From NCBI GenBank assembly GCA_002256025.1, contig NKIB01013464.1, positions 1 through 56,829 on the forward strand: a stretch of 56,829 bases of DNA. Direction: 5' to 3'. The notes beneath the pieces are model-generated. The model did no database searches. It worked only from the letters and a program-made list of their open reading frames with translations, and was not told where the DNA came from. This document shows positions 26,085 to 37,344 of the stretch, in pieces (within the stretch, counting starts at the first letter, position 1; every line of letters begins with the position of its first letter). The DNA comes from Asterionella formosa. Its lineage: Eukaryota. The translations under genes were made by a program, and so were the position numbers.

Positions 26085-26479
26085 ATAGGTGGACCATGAT
26101 ATTTTCTATGGTGCAAGGTCAAGAATATACCCTGCTGCTCCACAAAGACAGTGTACTTTTCCCACATCTTAAGAAAAAAGCAAGACATTTCAGAAAAAGA
26201 GCAATTGACAGGGCTCATGCCCTTGACAATGTCAAAACATCTGACACAGTGATGCACTTTTATGCTGATGCTAACTTGATGGGCTTTATGAAAGCTATCT
26301 CTACAACATCAGTACCTGATGGCTTCATGGATCCTGTCTCTGCAACAGAACCTCGTGGCTCCATGCCAATTAAGAAGGGTACAGGAAATAGGAGGTGTAA
26401 AAGGAGATTGGACTGCGAAAAATTGGGATACCGTGACTTTGACATGAAACTCACAATGTGCATTCCTAAAGGTGCTGCA

Positions 26480-27360
26480 TGCATAATGACAAAAGTGGAA
26501 ACGGAACAGTGGACTTTCTATGACATGTTCGAAATGAGAATTGTTGATTTCTGGGGTTGTCCTTGCGAGTAATGGGTGTAACAATGGCTCCCCACATACT
26601 TTTCAATTTCGCAAGGTGGTAAGTGCAATACTGAAGACTACATCAAGAACTTGGTTCCTCGAGAGCTGTATGGCGATCTTCACGGTAGCTTGTCCGGGCT
26701 TTTCGGACAGGACTTACCTTATCGATGTATTCCTTTATTAGAACTATCAGACCGTCAATCAGGGAGTACAGATATGATTGTGAAGTGCAAGCATGGGAAA
26801 TGCAGTCTGTTAGTATTCGTGGAGCTGCGTCCAGGTCAGAGTTATGAGGGAGCGTGGCATGTTGAGGGCATGTCACATAAAGAGATTGTCTTGAAATGCT
26901 TGTAAATTCGATCGGGACGAAGACATTGAAGGAGGTGAAATAGAATTCAAGCGAGCATTCTTCTGCGAGAAGGTAGAATACCTATTCTCCACTGTTAATG
27001 AGGAAAGGGACCCGAATTTTGAGTATTCTACCTTTGGGGAAGGTTTACACCCTCTCGGTACTCTTGAAACGCTCGCTGGGCGGCTCGCAGTGTTTCCCAA
27101 CTCGCACGTTCATCGTGTGAAGCTCATGTTGAATGCGCCTGCAAATACTGTTAACGATGAGTCACAACTGTTATCACAAAGGCGAATTGTCGCGTTCTTC
27201 TTAGTGAACCCATTGACGCAGATTGTTTCGATAAGGGAGGTTGCACCTGAACAACCAGCTGCTGGTGGTGTATGCAGCTAGATGAGGCATTGCTGTACCG
27301 GTTGAAGCTGATGTATGTGCGAAAGTATACAAAGCAGGATTTCGAACTTTGTGAACATTT
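26480..27360 (+). pseudogene. DUF4246-family pseudogene
   Basis: Family motifs appear in order: DFWG..(stops)..QWLPTYF, YEGAWHVEGMSH, GRLAVFPNSHVHRV, RRIVAFFLVNP and terminal FELCEH. In-frame stops at 26570 and 26579; frameshifts near 26900 and 27275. The 5' boundary is approximate. Confidence 0.75.
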
Positions 27361-27555
27361 GATGACTTCGTTTTCATCCGGAGTACATAATTTATTCAAC
27401 TTAAATTTTTTAGCTGAAGTTTTTGTGATCCTACGACCAGCGAGCTAGGTGGTATCGTGAGCGATTGTTCATAATGAAGAAAAGAGGGACAAAGGCGGCT
27501 GGATCAGAGGACTCGTGAAACTGTGTTGACTTGGTTTCTATCCTGAAACTGCAGT

Positions 27556-28839
27556 TCACACTTTGGAAAAAACCAATGAAGCATTGGTTCCCCCAAAGCC
27601 AAAGCTGTTTGTCATGGCAATGTCAACAGTGCTTTCTGTCGACTCAATCACATGATTAAAAGAAACCTGCTGTTCGATATCGGTCATTTCATTTATATTG
27701 AGATTGCGGGTAGGTGGTATCATACTGTCTTGCATCGCCATCACAGTGAAAGCAGCTTCCACTGCTCCTGCTGCCCCAAGGAGGTGGCCGGTAGCTCCTT
27801 TTGTGCTGCTTACAAACAGATTCGATATTCTACAAACTCCCATCCTCCTATCAATAGTCTTCGCTTCAATTTCATCGCCCATAGGCGTCGAGGTCGCATG
27901 AGCGTTTACATAGTCAACCAACGAAGCATCGATTCCCGCGCACTCCAATGCCATACTCATGGCCCTTTCTGCACCTCTACCTAGTGGATCTGGAGATGTT
28001 ACGTGATGGCCATCGCCACTCAATCCATAGCCGCACAATTCCGCCAAAATTGTGGCTCCTCGCCCTTTGGCGTGTTCTAGCTCTTCCAACACAAAGATAG
28101 CGGCACCTTCGCCCATAACAAAGCCATCCCGCAAACGATCAAAGGGCCGTGACGATTCTCCCGGTGGAAAGGATGTTGAGAGAGCCCGGAGTCGACAAAA
28201 TCCAGCCATGGACAATGGATCAATACATGACTCCGCCCCGCCTGCCAACATAACATCGGCGTTGTTGTACTGAATGCAACGCATGGCATCCCCAATGGCA
28301 TGCGCTCCAGCAGCACATGCCGTCGAAGCAGCAAGATTCGGACCACCAAGGTTATATTCCAAACTCAATCTCCCTGCCGCCGAATTAGCCAAGACTTTTG
28401 GCACGAAGTAAGGAGACAGCTTTCGAATCCCGTATTCCGAAACGAGTCGGGCAGCCTGCACAATTTCCCGAACGGAGGACATGCCACTGCCGACGCAGAC
28501 ACCGATCCGAGGATTGACGGAGTTGTTGGGTGCAAACCTGAGCTGTGCATGGTCCACAGCTTCGGCTCCTGCCAGAAGCGCTAACTGTACAAACCGAGCA
28601 GTCCGGCTGTCATGGACGATGCCTCGAACTGGAGCAGCGACTTGGCATGGTAGCGCTTTAGCTTGTGCTAATTCCCGGGCGAGTCCATCTAGAGAAAGAT
28701 TCTGGTGGCGCAGAGCTCCCTCAAGTGAAGTTATCCCGTGTTCGTTTCTTAGCAGCGCCTTCCACGAAGTCTCAAGGGTGTTGCCCAAGGGAGTTATAGC
28801 TCCTATACCAGTAACAACGACACGACGGTGGAGCGCCAT
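27556..28839 (-). CDS. fabF: 3-oxoacyl-ACP synthase (FabF/KAS II-like), probably mitochondrial OXSM type
   Basis: RRVVVTGIG start and the Cys-His-His triad (TACAAG, NAHATST, KGATGHLLGAAG). Also SRPFD..RDGFVMGEGA and NSFGFGGTNASL. No bipartite plastid signal. Alternative ATG at 28911. Confidence 0.93.
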   Translation of the reverse strand: MALHRRVVVTGIGAITPLGNTLETSWKALLRNEHGITSLEGALRHQNLSLDGLARELAQAKALPCQVAAPVRGIVHDSRTARFVQLALLAGAEAVDHAQLRFAPNNSVNPRIGVCVGSGMSSVREIVQAARLVSEYGIRKLSPYFVPKVLANSAAGRLSLEYNLGGPNLAASTACAAGAHAIGDAMRCIQYNNADVMLAGGAESCIDPLSMAGFCRLRALSTSFPPGESSRPFDRLRDGFVMGEGAAIFVLEELEHAKGRGATILAELCGYGLSGDGHHVTSPDPLGRGAERAMSMALECAGIDASLVDYVNAHATSTPMGDEIEAKTIDRRMGVCRISNLFVSSTKGATGHLLGAAGAVEAAFTVMAMQDSMIPPTRNLNINEMTDIEQQVSFNHVIESTESTVDIAMTNSFGFGGTNASLVFSKV

Positions 28840-29671
28840 TTTTGTGAGTCGAGATAAACATGCCTTATCATCAGGCGAGCATGATGAGCCTTCGTCATAG
28901 TACCGGCACATTCCATATCTACTACATATGTGTACAAAATGTTAAAAATAAACGAAGTTACCGGTACTTTGATTCAAATACCGACTTGTTCGACTGCCTT
29001 TTCCTGCAAATATTTCTCTCACGTCTCCTCAATACCTAGTTAATCTTTAGACACATAGTTGGGGGTTTTGATTTCGGTTTTATGTTGTATGATTCATTTC
29101 CCCCCTCCAGGTCCCTGTAGCTGCAGTCGAGTTTGCACTTTAGCCTTGGGTGGGATGTATGTAGGGAGGGTGAATTTTATCTATTGACTATAAATTTTTG
29201 CACAGCTTGGATTCAATCATGTTGCTTTGCTGAAAGCTGATTCGAAGAATTGTGAGCTTTCTGCCTTGAAACCCTTACATGGTTGTTCATTGGCTGATTG
29301 ACTCTTCCATGACCTTCTCTTGCGTGGTTTACTTTCATTCACTAGCCATCAAACCTCATCTTCATTTTTTGGCTAGACATAATTAGCACCCGTGGTTGCT
29401 AACTCAGCCTTCACCTCAAATTTCGCGTGCTCCTAGTTTGTTTGTCATTCTCTTGGTTTCAATGCGCGCTTCTTGCACATCCACCTGTTTTCCTCATTTA
29501 TAATGCTAAAATGTTTTGCATGGGTTGGATGCTGATTGCCTCTATCATACGACATAAACGAAACAGCATCAGATGAGGAATGAATACGTTTTGGCTTGTG
29601 TTTCGTCATTGACTCAACTTACTACGTAGGCTATATCAGAACACTACCGGTATATTCAGCTATAGATAGGC

Positions 29672-31363
29672 TCATCTTCGACCACCACGGCCACCGCGAC
29701 CACCGCCACCACGGCCGCCCTTTTTACTGTGATCGTATTTCTTCATTCTATTTCCAGAATTTCGCTGATTTGGCAAGGCTCCACCTTTTCCTCCCGAACC
29801 TCCAGCATATCCCTTTTTTAACTCTCTTTGTACCAATGCTTCTACCCCATCCTCGTCGTCTTCACCATTCGATCGGTTTTTCCCTCGTCGATCACCAGTA
29901 GCACTTAACTGCTCCTTCAATTCCCTCGTAGCCAATCGCTGCGCTTCATTAACACGTTCCAACAATACCAAAACTGTTTCTTCTTCCGCACCACGATACG
30001 CATCCAATTTCTTTCCCAAGAGCCCTTCCAATCTCTGATATACTTCCACATCATATTGAGTTACCATCGCAATGGCCTTGCCACTACGACCCGCCCTGGC
30101 AGTCCGGCCCACACGATGAATATAATCTTTTCCATGTCCAGGCAAATCGTAGTTGATCACCAAATCGACCGAAGGAATGTCCAATCCTCGTGACGCGACA
30201 TCGGTACAAATCAAGACATCTCGGCCGCCCGCCTTGAATTTATGCAAAGCCCCAAGTCGTTTAGGTTGCGACATTTGACCGTGAAGACATATGGCTGGAA
30301 ATCCCAAGTTGCGCAACATGAGTGCCAGTCGTTGGACGTTGTTGCAGGTAGCGCCAAAGACCAGCATAGATTGACCGGCGTGTTCATTGATCAAGTATGT
30401 GAGGTAGCAGTCCTTGTATTTTGCAGGACACAAGAGGTAACTTTGTAATAATTTCTTGGGAGTGCAAAATTTGGTGGATACTTCCACTCGGACTGGATTT
30501 GAAAGAGATGCTCGCTGCAGTTTTTCCACCTTGGATGTCATGGTCGCACTGAAAAGCATTGTCCGCCTCCCTTGTGTTGAATCAGGAATGACTTCTAAAA
30601 TTTGATTCAACTCTTGTTCAAAGTCCAGGGACAGCATACGATCTGCTTCATCCATGACCAAATATTTGATCTTCTTCAACGTAAATCCCTTGGTATTTTG
30701 CAGGTGATCAACCAACCTCCCAGGCGTTGCCACCACCACATGAGGGTTCCGGGCCAAAGCAATCGCCTGAGTGCTCATATCTACGCCTCCAACAATACAT
30801 ACACTTGATGCTCCCATGGACGTTCCCAACGCTTCTACTACTTCATGAATCTGAAAGGCCAATTCTCGAGTTGGTGCCAAAAGGACCGCGAAGACAGCAC
30901 CTCGCACGGGATGCTCCAACAATTCTTGCAACAGTGGCAAACAAAAGGCACCTGTCTTGCCGGACCCAGTTTCCGCTAATCCCACAATATCACGGCCTGC
31001 TAAAGCGTGGGGTAAGACTTGTTGCTGAATGCGCGAAGCAGTTGTCCATCCCAATTTGTCACAAGCGAGCGCGAGAGGTTCGCAAACGTTTAAAGAACGA
31101 AAGGTAGCAGTGGTCATAATGTCGTGGTTGTCTTCATCATTTTCACTCTGGTTTGCTTCATCATCAACAGTTGGAACGGCGTCGACATCGGCTGCAACAG
31201 AGTCGGTGATGTCCTGCATTGGTTCGTCGGTGGAACTTGTCTCGTTAATGGCAGGAGCTTCCTCCAACTTGTTCTCCTTCTTCTCTATCTTATTCTTTGA
31301 GGGAGTTTTCGTCTTCTTCTTGACAGCAGAATGCTTGCCATGTTCGTTGGAAGGCTTGGCCAT
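29672..31363 (-). CDS. RRP3: DEAD-box RNA helicase RRP3/DDX47
   Basis: AETGSGKT, PTRELAFQI, DEADRML, FSATMTSKVEKLQRASL and YIHRVGRTARAGRSG, plus an RGG-rich tail. 563 aa, single exon. Confidence 0.95.
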   Translation of the reverse strand: MAKPSNEHGKHSAVKKKTKTPSKNKIEKKENKLEEAPAINETSSTDEPMQDITDSVAADVDAVPTVDDEANQSENDEDNHDIMTTATFRSLNVCEPLALACDKLGWTTASRIQQQVLPHALAGRDIVGLAETGSGKTGAFCLPLLQELLEHPVRGAVFAVLLAPTRELAFQIHEVVEALGTSMGASSVCIVGGVDMSTQAIALARNPHVVVATPGRLVDHLQNTKGFTLKKIKYLVMDEADRMLSLDFEQELNQILEVIPDSTQGRRTMLFSATMTSKVEKLQRASLSNPVRVEVSTKFCTPKKLLQSYLLCPAKYKDCYLTYLINEHAGQSMLVFGATCNNVQRLALMLRNLGFPAICLHGQMSQPKRLGALHKFKAGGRDVLICTDVASRGLDIPSVDLVINYDLPGHGKDYIHRVGRTARAGRSGKAIAMVTQYDVEVYQRLEGLLGKKLDAYRGAEEETVLVLLERVNEAQRLATRELKEQLSATGDRRGKNRSNGEDDEDGVEALVQRELKKGYAGGSGGKGGALPNQRNSGNRMKKYDHSKKGGRGGGGRGGRGGRR

Positions 31364-33390
31364 GGTGATCGTTGATGTGACGAACTATTGATGAATGGCT
31401 TTGTCGTTGTGGATGACGGGAGCGAGAAAAATCGTGACCGGTATGGGACAAGTAACAATACCGGTACATACATACCCTGGTATTTCCATTGACATGCACT
31501 GGGAGCATACCATTGACCTTATTTTTCATTACATAGAAAATATTGTTACCACGCACCGCAGGCGCCAGCCATGATATGATTTTTATTTTGTATTGGTTTT
31601 TATGAATCAATAGAAATCACTCACAAATGATTGGCTCTGCACACATCAGGTCATGTGTGCAGCACATGACATTTGTTCTATTATTACCTTGTACGGAGTA
31701 CAGTATGGTTGTGATACATGTGCGTTTGGGTATCATATACTTTATATCTTTTCTCATGATATTTACAGTCTACAATGACGAAGTATCATTCACGTATGAA
31801 ATATTTGGTATGACATTCATTTCTTAACGGAATACAAAATGGATGGTTGGAGTAAATCCGGGTACATAAAGTACCAGTATCAAATTACCGGGTACCTGGT
31901 ACCTTGGTACCGGTAGTAGTTTCTAGTACGGTAGTCTTTTTCCCTTGTTTCTTGATGGGATGTCATGTTAAAGTATTACCTTTCTAGATAGATCTTTATC
32001 ATTAGACAAAGAAGGCTATAGATAGAGACATTCGTTTCTCTTTATGTCGATATTCTTTTTTTGAGTTACTAAACTTGTTTAGGTTGCTCAGTTTGATTTA
32101 ACAAATAATCTATTCTCCAAATGCTGTTGTCATTCCTACAAATACACATTCATAGATAGACCCATGTCTATCTCACATTTACTGGTCATAAGTTTATAAC
32201 CATTGATCATTCAATTCAAGCTATCGGTCTTCTGAATAGCTTATATCATCTGGCTCATTATGGTCAGAGGAAAAATGTGTGGTTGGTGCAAGCTTGGTAC
32301 ACCAAAGTCGACTCATTCGACCTCTTTTGACTATGAGTGATAGCTAACTACATACATAGATGAGCTCACTTCAACATTATTGTCCCTGCTTCTTATGTGC
32401 GTCACATGCAACATGTTGTCCTTCAAACTAAATGCAACCAGAAGGGCAGTTGATTTTGGAGGTAAAAAGAAATCTAACTTCTTTGCATTAATTGGAGCTA
32501 AATCATTTTTGTTTCGTCACACTGTAATCAAGAGAAAGGGAATGAGGGGTTGATCGAAAATGATTTCTTTCATTTGTCAGCCAATCTTGGCCACATTTTA
32601 GACTTAAAGCCAATACCAAAATGGCAAGCATAAGTCTAAAATGTGACCAGGATTGGCTGAGAGATGAAGAACTTGAAAGCTGCAATGTAACAATAATATA
32701 TTTTTGGACTTTTACATCTGGTATGTTTCGACGTAGAAACAATTTGTAGAAGTAGTTTTATCACGATGAAGCTAGAAAAAACTTCTCATTTATACAAAAG
32801 ATTGTCACAATGATGAGTATGATTCAAGCAACAATTACTCTACTGCTCACTGGGATGTTCCTGCTCCGCTTTTCCACAGTGCTGTTGACCTCGAAGTATG
32901 CTAGCGTCATGCCATGAGTGCTACCATTTTACAGAAAAATATCGAAGAGTTGTCAGTAATTGAATGCAGCTAGTGGAAACGACAATCAATGGGTTAAAAG
33001 CACCCTCTTTATCCAACAACCAACAAGTGCCGCAATGGAAATGTCACCCATCAAAGCATGACCCCGGGAAACTAGAAAAAAATTTAACTACGGGCATTGT
33101 TGCATGTGGTAGCAAGAAAATTCCTCAGTTCTCGTGTCAGCAAATGGCAGTATCCTAAATACACTAAATAAATCAAGATACTAATGACAAGCAGAAGCAT
33201 GATACCAGCTAATATATAGCAACGACTAACCCGAAGAGCTATATTCTACTGTTGTCTATGACTCGGTATAGGGTATTGCTGCATGATAATTCTTACGTCG
33301 TTCTAGGGTAAACCACACCATACTACGTTACCGAACCAAGACGGTAGGGTTGGTTGAAAATATCATGCAAGGTAACCTTCCCGTCCAAAC

Positions 33391-35667
33391 TCAAAAGTAA
33401 TCCAATGCCTTCTTCCTCTTCCCCAGTTTGCCCTTTGAACTTTTGTCTTTCGAAGTTGGGGTCTTGACACGGAGAATCGATTGGTCAGGAGTAATTGGCA
33501 AGGGCTTAGGGCTGGCATTCTTGAGATCGCGCATCGATGCCTTGTGGGACTTGCTGTGATTGATTCGTCCAAAGCTCACCCTTCGCCTCTCCTCTTCCTT
33601 CTTGGCCTTGTTACTCTTCTTCGATTCCTTCAACTCAGGTTTGGACGCTTCCTTCTCGTAAGCAGCCGAATCCTCTTGAGCTTTCACCGCTGCTTTCTTG
33701 GCCTTCTTTTGATCTGCAACTGAAATAACAATCTCCTCCTCGATGACAATATCGCCCTTTTCGACATACCCTCGCTTGTCCTTTTTCGATTTCTTCTTTG
33801 GCCTGGCATCACCATCGTCAACAGGAACAGGGTCGTCCTTTTTCAAATCTTTCTTTGGCTTGGCATCGCCCACATAAACGCGGTCGTCCTTCGTCTTATC
33901 TTTTTTTGGCACCACTTCCTCCACGACAAGATCGTCCTTTTTGGAATCCTTCGTTGGCTTGACATTGTCAATGGAATCTCTACCGTCCTTTTTAGATTTC
34001 TTCTTTTTCTTCATTTTAGGTCTTGAGGCGGGCTCGTCGTTTACCTGAACATGTGGCTCTTCTACCATCACCTCCTCCTCCTTCTCGCGATTTCGTTTCC
34101 GCTTCTTTTTCGTCGTTTTTGGCTCAGGTGGTTGCAGCACTTTCTCCTCCTCTGCCTCTTTCTCATCTGGTTCCTGATCTTCCTCGTCACTGTTCGCATC
34201 GAGCAGCAACAACTGAGGCGCTTCGTCATCACTATCGTCCTCATGATTATGATCTTTCCAGTCTCCGTCATGATTATGGTCATCACAGTCGTCCTCGTGT
34301 TCATGAGCAATTTCCAAATCACGCCCCGTACTCTTAATTCGTCTCTGATATTCCTTGTGCATTGTATACAATATCTTACGATAGTCATCTCTCGTTGTCG
34401 TGTCACTTCCCAAGTGGAAGATGAAATCACCAATCGTACCAACATGCACTTGATCGAAGACTTGATTCTCAGCATCATCCACCGTATCACCCACGACACT
34501 GTACTGGACCAAAAACTTGTGCAGAATATTGTCCACAATCCTTTGTTGAACGACCTTGTCATCCATCCCCTGCACCATGGCAAAGTATGGTTCCAAGACA
34601 TCACAAAATGTCGCTTCCGTCAATGGCATGGGGGCATCGGCATTTGCCTTGCTCAGTTCCTCTAGAGTGATGTCAATGATATGAAATCTCAACCCATTAG
34701 GAGTCAGTGACAAGACTTGTTCAAACAAAGTGTCATTAAAGAGACGGATGATCCCCAAGTTCCAATGACGAAGTGCCATGTACTTGTACACTTGAGCCAT
34801 CATGTATCGAATTAGGGTATAGAATTTGTCAACTCGGTACTTGTCCATGGCGCCCCATTCGCGCCGAATGGTAGAGAAAAATGTCTTTAGGAAAAGACTC
34901 GCCAAATGAGCCCCGCGGCAGTGTGGCACCAAGGAGTCATCCAAAGAATCGTCCTCTGTTTCCTCCATGTCTTCTTCGTCCTCGTCGTTCATGACGTCTT
35001 CGTCGTCACTCGATCCTTCGTTGACTAGCTCCTCTTCGTACTCATCATCGTCCTCCAGAGTGTTCACCACTTCGTGCATAATAACACCATCGTCGTCCTC
35101 TTCCTGATTTTCTTCATTGTCTTCTTCCTCTTCGTCATCATCATCGTCCCCTTCCCAACCTCCAGTAGCATTCAAATACGCTTGAGCGGCATATTCATCT
35201 TCTTCTTCTGTCCCCGCCACACTCCACAACAATTGTGCCAACTGCTTACTCAATTCGTCTTGCACTACCGCCTTGTCTGCCATGTAGAGAGTATGCCACA
35301 AGCCCTTCCATACTTTCATCAATTCCAATTCTGACAATCCCACGCTTTCCATTCGACAACGAGCTTGAAGGTAGGATTGCAATTGTCCCACGACCGCATG
35401 ACGTTTGCGTTGATCGGTGGATCCCAGCAAACGCCCAAATCGAACTTCAGAGGTAGGAGTAGCAGGCCCAGCATCCTCGACTTTCTTGGTGCTTTGATGA
35501 ATACCAGCCACACGAAGATAGGCCTTGGCACGAGCTTCGGCACTTGTTAGTTTAGGCTGTTGAGGGGTAACATGTTTCGTTGAAGATGCAAGTAATTTAC
35601 GACGTTGACGTTTGGATATCGTATTTGTGATTCCTCCTCCCGCGGCATCAGCTTCAGAGGATGGCAT
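33391..35667 (-). CDS. RRP1: Nucleolar rRNA-processing protein Rrp1/Nop52 family
   Basis: ELMKVWKGLWHTLYMADK and REWGAMDKYRVDKFYTLIR match Nop52. Acidic insert, Lys-rich tail, RRVSFG motif. Confidence 0.88.
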   Translation of the reverse strand: MPSSEADAAGGGITNTISKRQRRKLLASSTKHVTPQQPKLTSAEARAKAYLRVAGIHQSTKKVEDAGPATPTSEVRFGRLLGSTDQRKRHAVVGQLQSYLQARCRMESVGLSELELMKVWKGLWHTLYMADKAVVQDELSKQLAQLLWSVAGTEEEDEYAAQAYLNATGGWEGDDDDDEEEEDNEENQEEDDDGVIMHEVVNTLEDDDEYEEELVNEGSSDDEDVMNDEDEEDMEETEDDSLDDSLVPHCRGAHLASLFLKTFFSTIRREWGAMDKYRVDKFYTLIRYMMAQVYKYMALRHWNLGIIRLFNDTLFEQVLSLTPNGLRFHIIDITLEELSKANADAPMPLTEATFCDVLEPYFAMVQGMDDKVVQQRIVDNILHKFLVQYSVVGDTVDDAENQVFDQVHVGTIGDFIFHLGSDTTTRDDYRKILYTMHKEYQRRIKSTGRDLEIAHEHEDDCDDHNHDGDWKDHNHEDDSDDEAPQLLLLDANSDEEDQEPDEKEAEEEKVLQPPEPKTTKKKRKRNREKEEEVMVEEPHVQVNDEPASRPKMKKKKKSKKDGRDSIDNVKPTKDSKKDDLVVEEVVPKKDKTKDDRVYVGDAKPKKDLKKDDPVPVDDGDARPKKKSKKDKRGYVEKGDIVIEEEIVISVADQKKAKKAAVKAQEDSAAYEKEASKPELKESKKSNKAKKEEERRRVSFGRINHSKSHKASMRDLKNASPKPLPITPDQSILRVKTPTSKDKSSKGKLGKRKKALDYF

Positions 35668-35820
35668 TGTTTATTGCCGGTGGTAACAAGTCAATCAATG
35701 TAACTTTTTTGCTCCTGTGGAATGCAATGATTCAAATGTAGGTATGGCCGGTAAGTTGATAGTGCAATTATTCTGCTTGCGCAACAAGTTGAGGCGATCC
35801 TCATGGATGTGATTGATTAC

Positions 35821-36147
35821 TACCGGTAGTACTGCCTGGTAAGTAGGTACCTGGTACCAGGTACCCTGGTACTGATCATGGTGTCTATCATCAACCAGCA
35901 CAAGCGGACCTACCAGTTTCGCCGTGTATCCAATCTTCAATTTTTGTATTGGGAATACTGGTAGTGTTCCATCACGATTTTGATGTCATTCATGGACATT
36001 TGGGCTGATGGTTGGTGAGGTGGAAGCACGTCAGTCCGTCGCTACCCTACAAAAAGGGAGAAGTAATATCGGTAGTCTAGTCTCCCCGGCGTACCAGGTC
36101 CCTGGTACCAGCTACATGGTACCACCAGAGTACCAGCTACCGGTACG
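35821..36147. repeat. Palindromic GGTACC-type clusters upstream of RRP1
   Basis: TACCGGTAGTACTGCCTGGTAAGTAGGTACCTGGTACCAGGTACCCTGGTAC at 35821-35872, and a looser cluster at 36091-36147. Confidence 0.8.
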
Positions 36148-36452
36148 GTTGCCGAATTCCTATGAATTGAGAATTTTAGGAGATAATTTTGAATAACAAT
36201 GATCTCATTGGTGCTAATGCCTATAGGTATGGTATATACAGGAGATTTTGGGACTAACAGCAATTCCTTCACAGGACTCCTATTCCATTGGTGATGCTTC
36301 AGTGCATAGAGATTTGGATTCCAATAGTTTTGAGACCATCAGAAAGGCCAATGTTGTCAACTTCTTGGATGCCTGATGATTGCTCAACACTGGTAGGGTT
36401 TGAAGCCAAATAAAATATAAAGATAACCATCAAATAGCATCAGTATATAACT

Positions 36453-36588
36453 TCTGGTGAGAAAGTGCAGAGGGGAAATTCTGTTTATACTACATATGCA
36501 AAAAACGTTTAATGATTCTGTGTTTCTAGTCTTTTTACCAAAGTAGTAAAAAGAAGATCAAAGTTGCTTTCTGCACTTTCTCACCAGA
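36453..36588. mobile_element. Short inverted-repeat (MITE-like) element
   Basis: Perfect 19-bp inverted repeat TCTGGTGAGAAAGTGCAGA (36453-36471) / TCTGCACTTTCTCACCAGA (36570-36588), weaker internal pairing and an AT-rich spacer. No clear TSD. Confidence 0.5.
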
Positions 36589-37344
36589 TCCTCTATCCTG
36601 ACATTATATAGAGTTGACATGGACCCAGATGTTGACCAATGATTCTTTCTAACCACATGACGAAAAAGGGCTACAAATGGTGAAAGCTCATTTTCTAGTT
36701 ATGTGTTGCATTACTCTGAATCAACTATATTTTTTAACCCTACTGGTAGTTGAGCTAGGGGTCCAAATGCAGGAACCTTGCTGTCAAATTATAGCGGGTG
36801 CATGGTAATACAAATGTACACCGGAGTGCTGTACACATAGCATTTACCGGTATTAACTAAGACTAGCAACGACCTTTACTACCGTTACCTGGTACCTAAG
36901 AAAATTGGTACCACCGGTGTGGGATTTGACTCTTCGTGCACCCCTGGCTGTGCGTCAACCTCCTTTATCATCTGGCACCACAGCCAATCGATAAGCTCAT
37001 CACTGCCTGCCTCAATCAAACATGTCACGCTCATCAATTCCAAATACCTTTTACTATCGGAACTCCTGCCGGTAATACTACGGTATTCTTCCATCACAGC
37101 ATCAGTCTGTATGAATTTCTCTGTATACTATACCGTCATTTATATATCTATATCTATATATATATATAAATGATCATCATAGGAAGACTACCTGGTACCT
37201 GGTACCAGGTACTGAACAAACAAAACCACACCGGTATACCATAATTTGTGTTTGTAAACATCTCATCATCCAACAAAATAAATATTACAATATATTCATC
37301 GCGTAGAATAAGTCTCTGCAATTAACTCCACCACATTTGCTCTC

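Noticed and set aside
31950..33350. AT-rich stretch with short ORFs (also 10930-11560, 24800-25450, 29000-29550, 51950-52700)
   Set aside because: Probably decayed repeats or pseudogenes, but no motif was recognisable. No tRNA, rRNA or snoRNA could be supported anywhere in the window.
36250..36380. LRR-like peptide scraps (NSFTG/PIP, LDSNSF, VNFLDA)
   Set aside because: Too short and spread over different frames; could be chance.
37141..37168. TA microsatellite; also the (GGAGT)n run near 51017-51037
   Set aside because: Ordinary simple repeats with no further structure.
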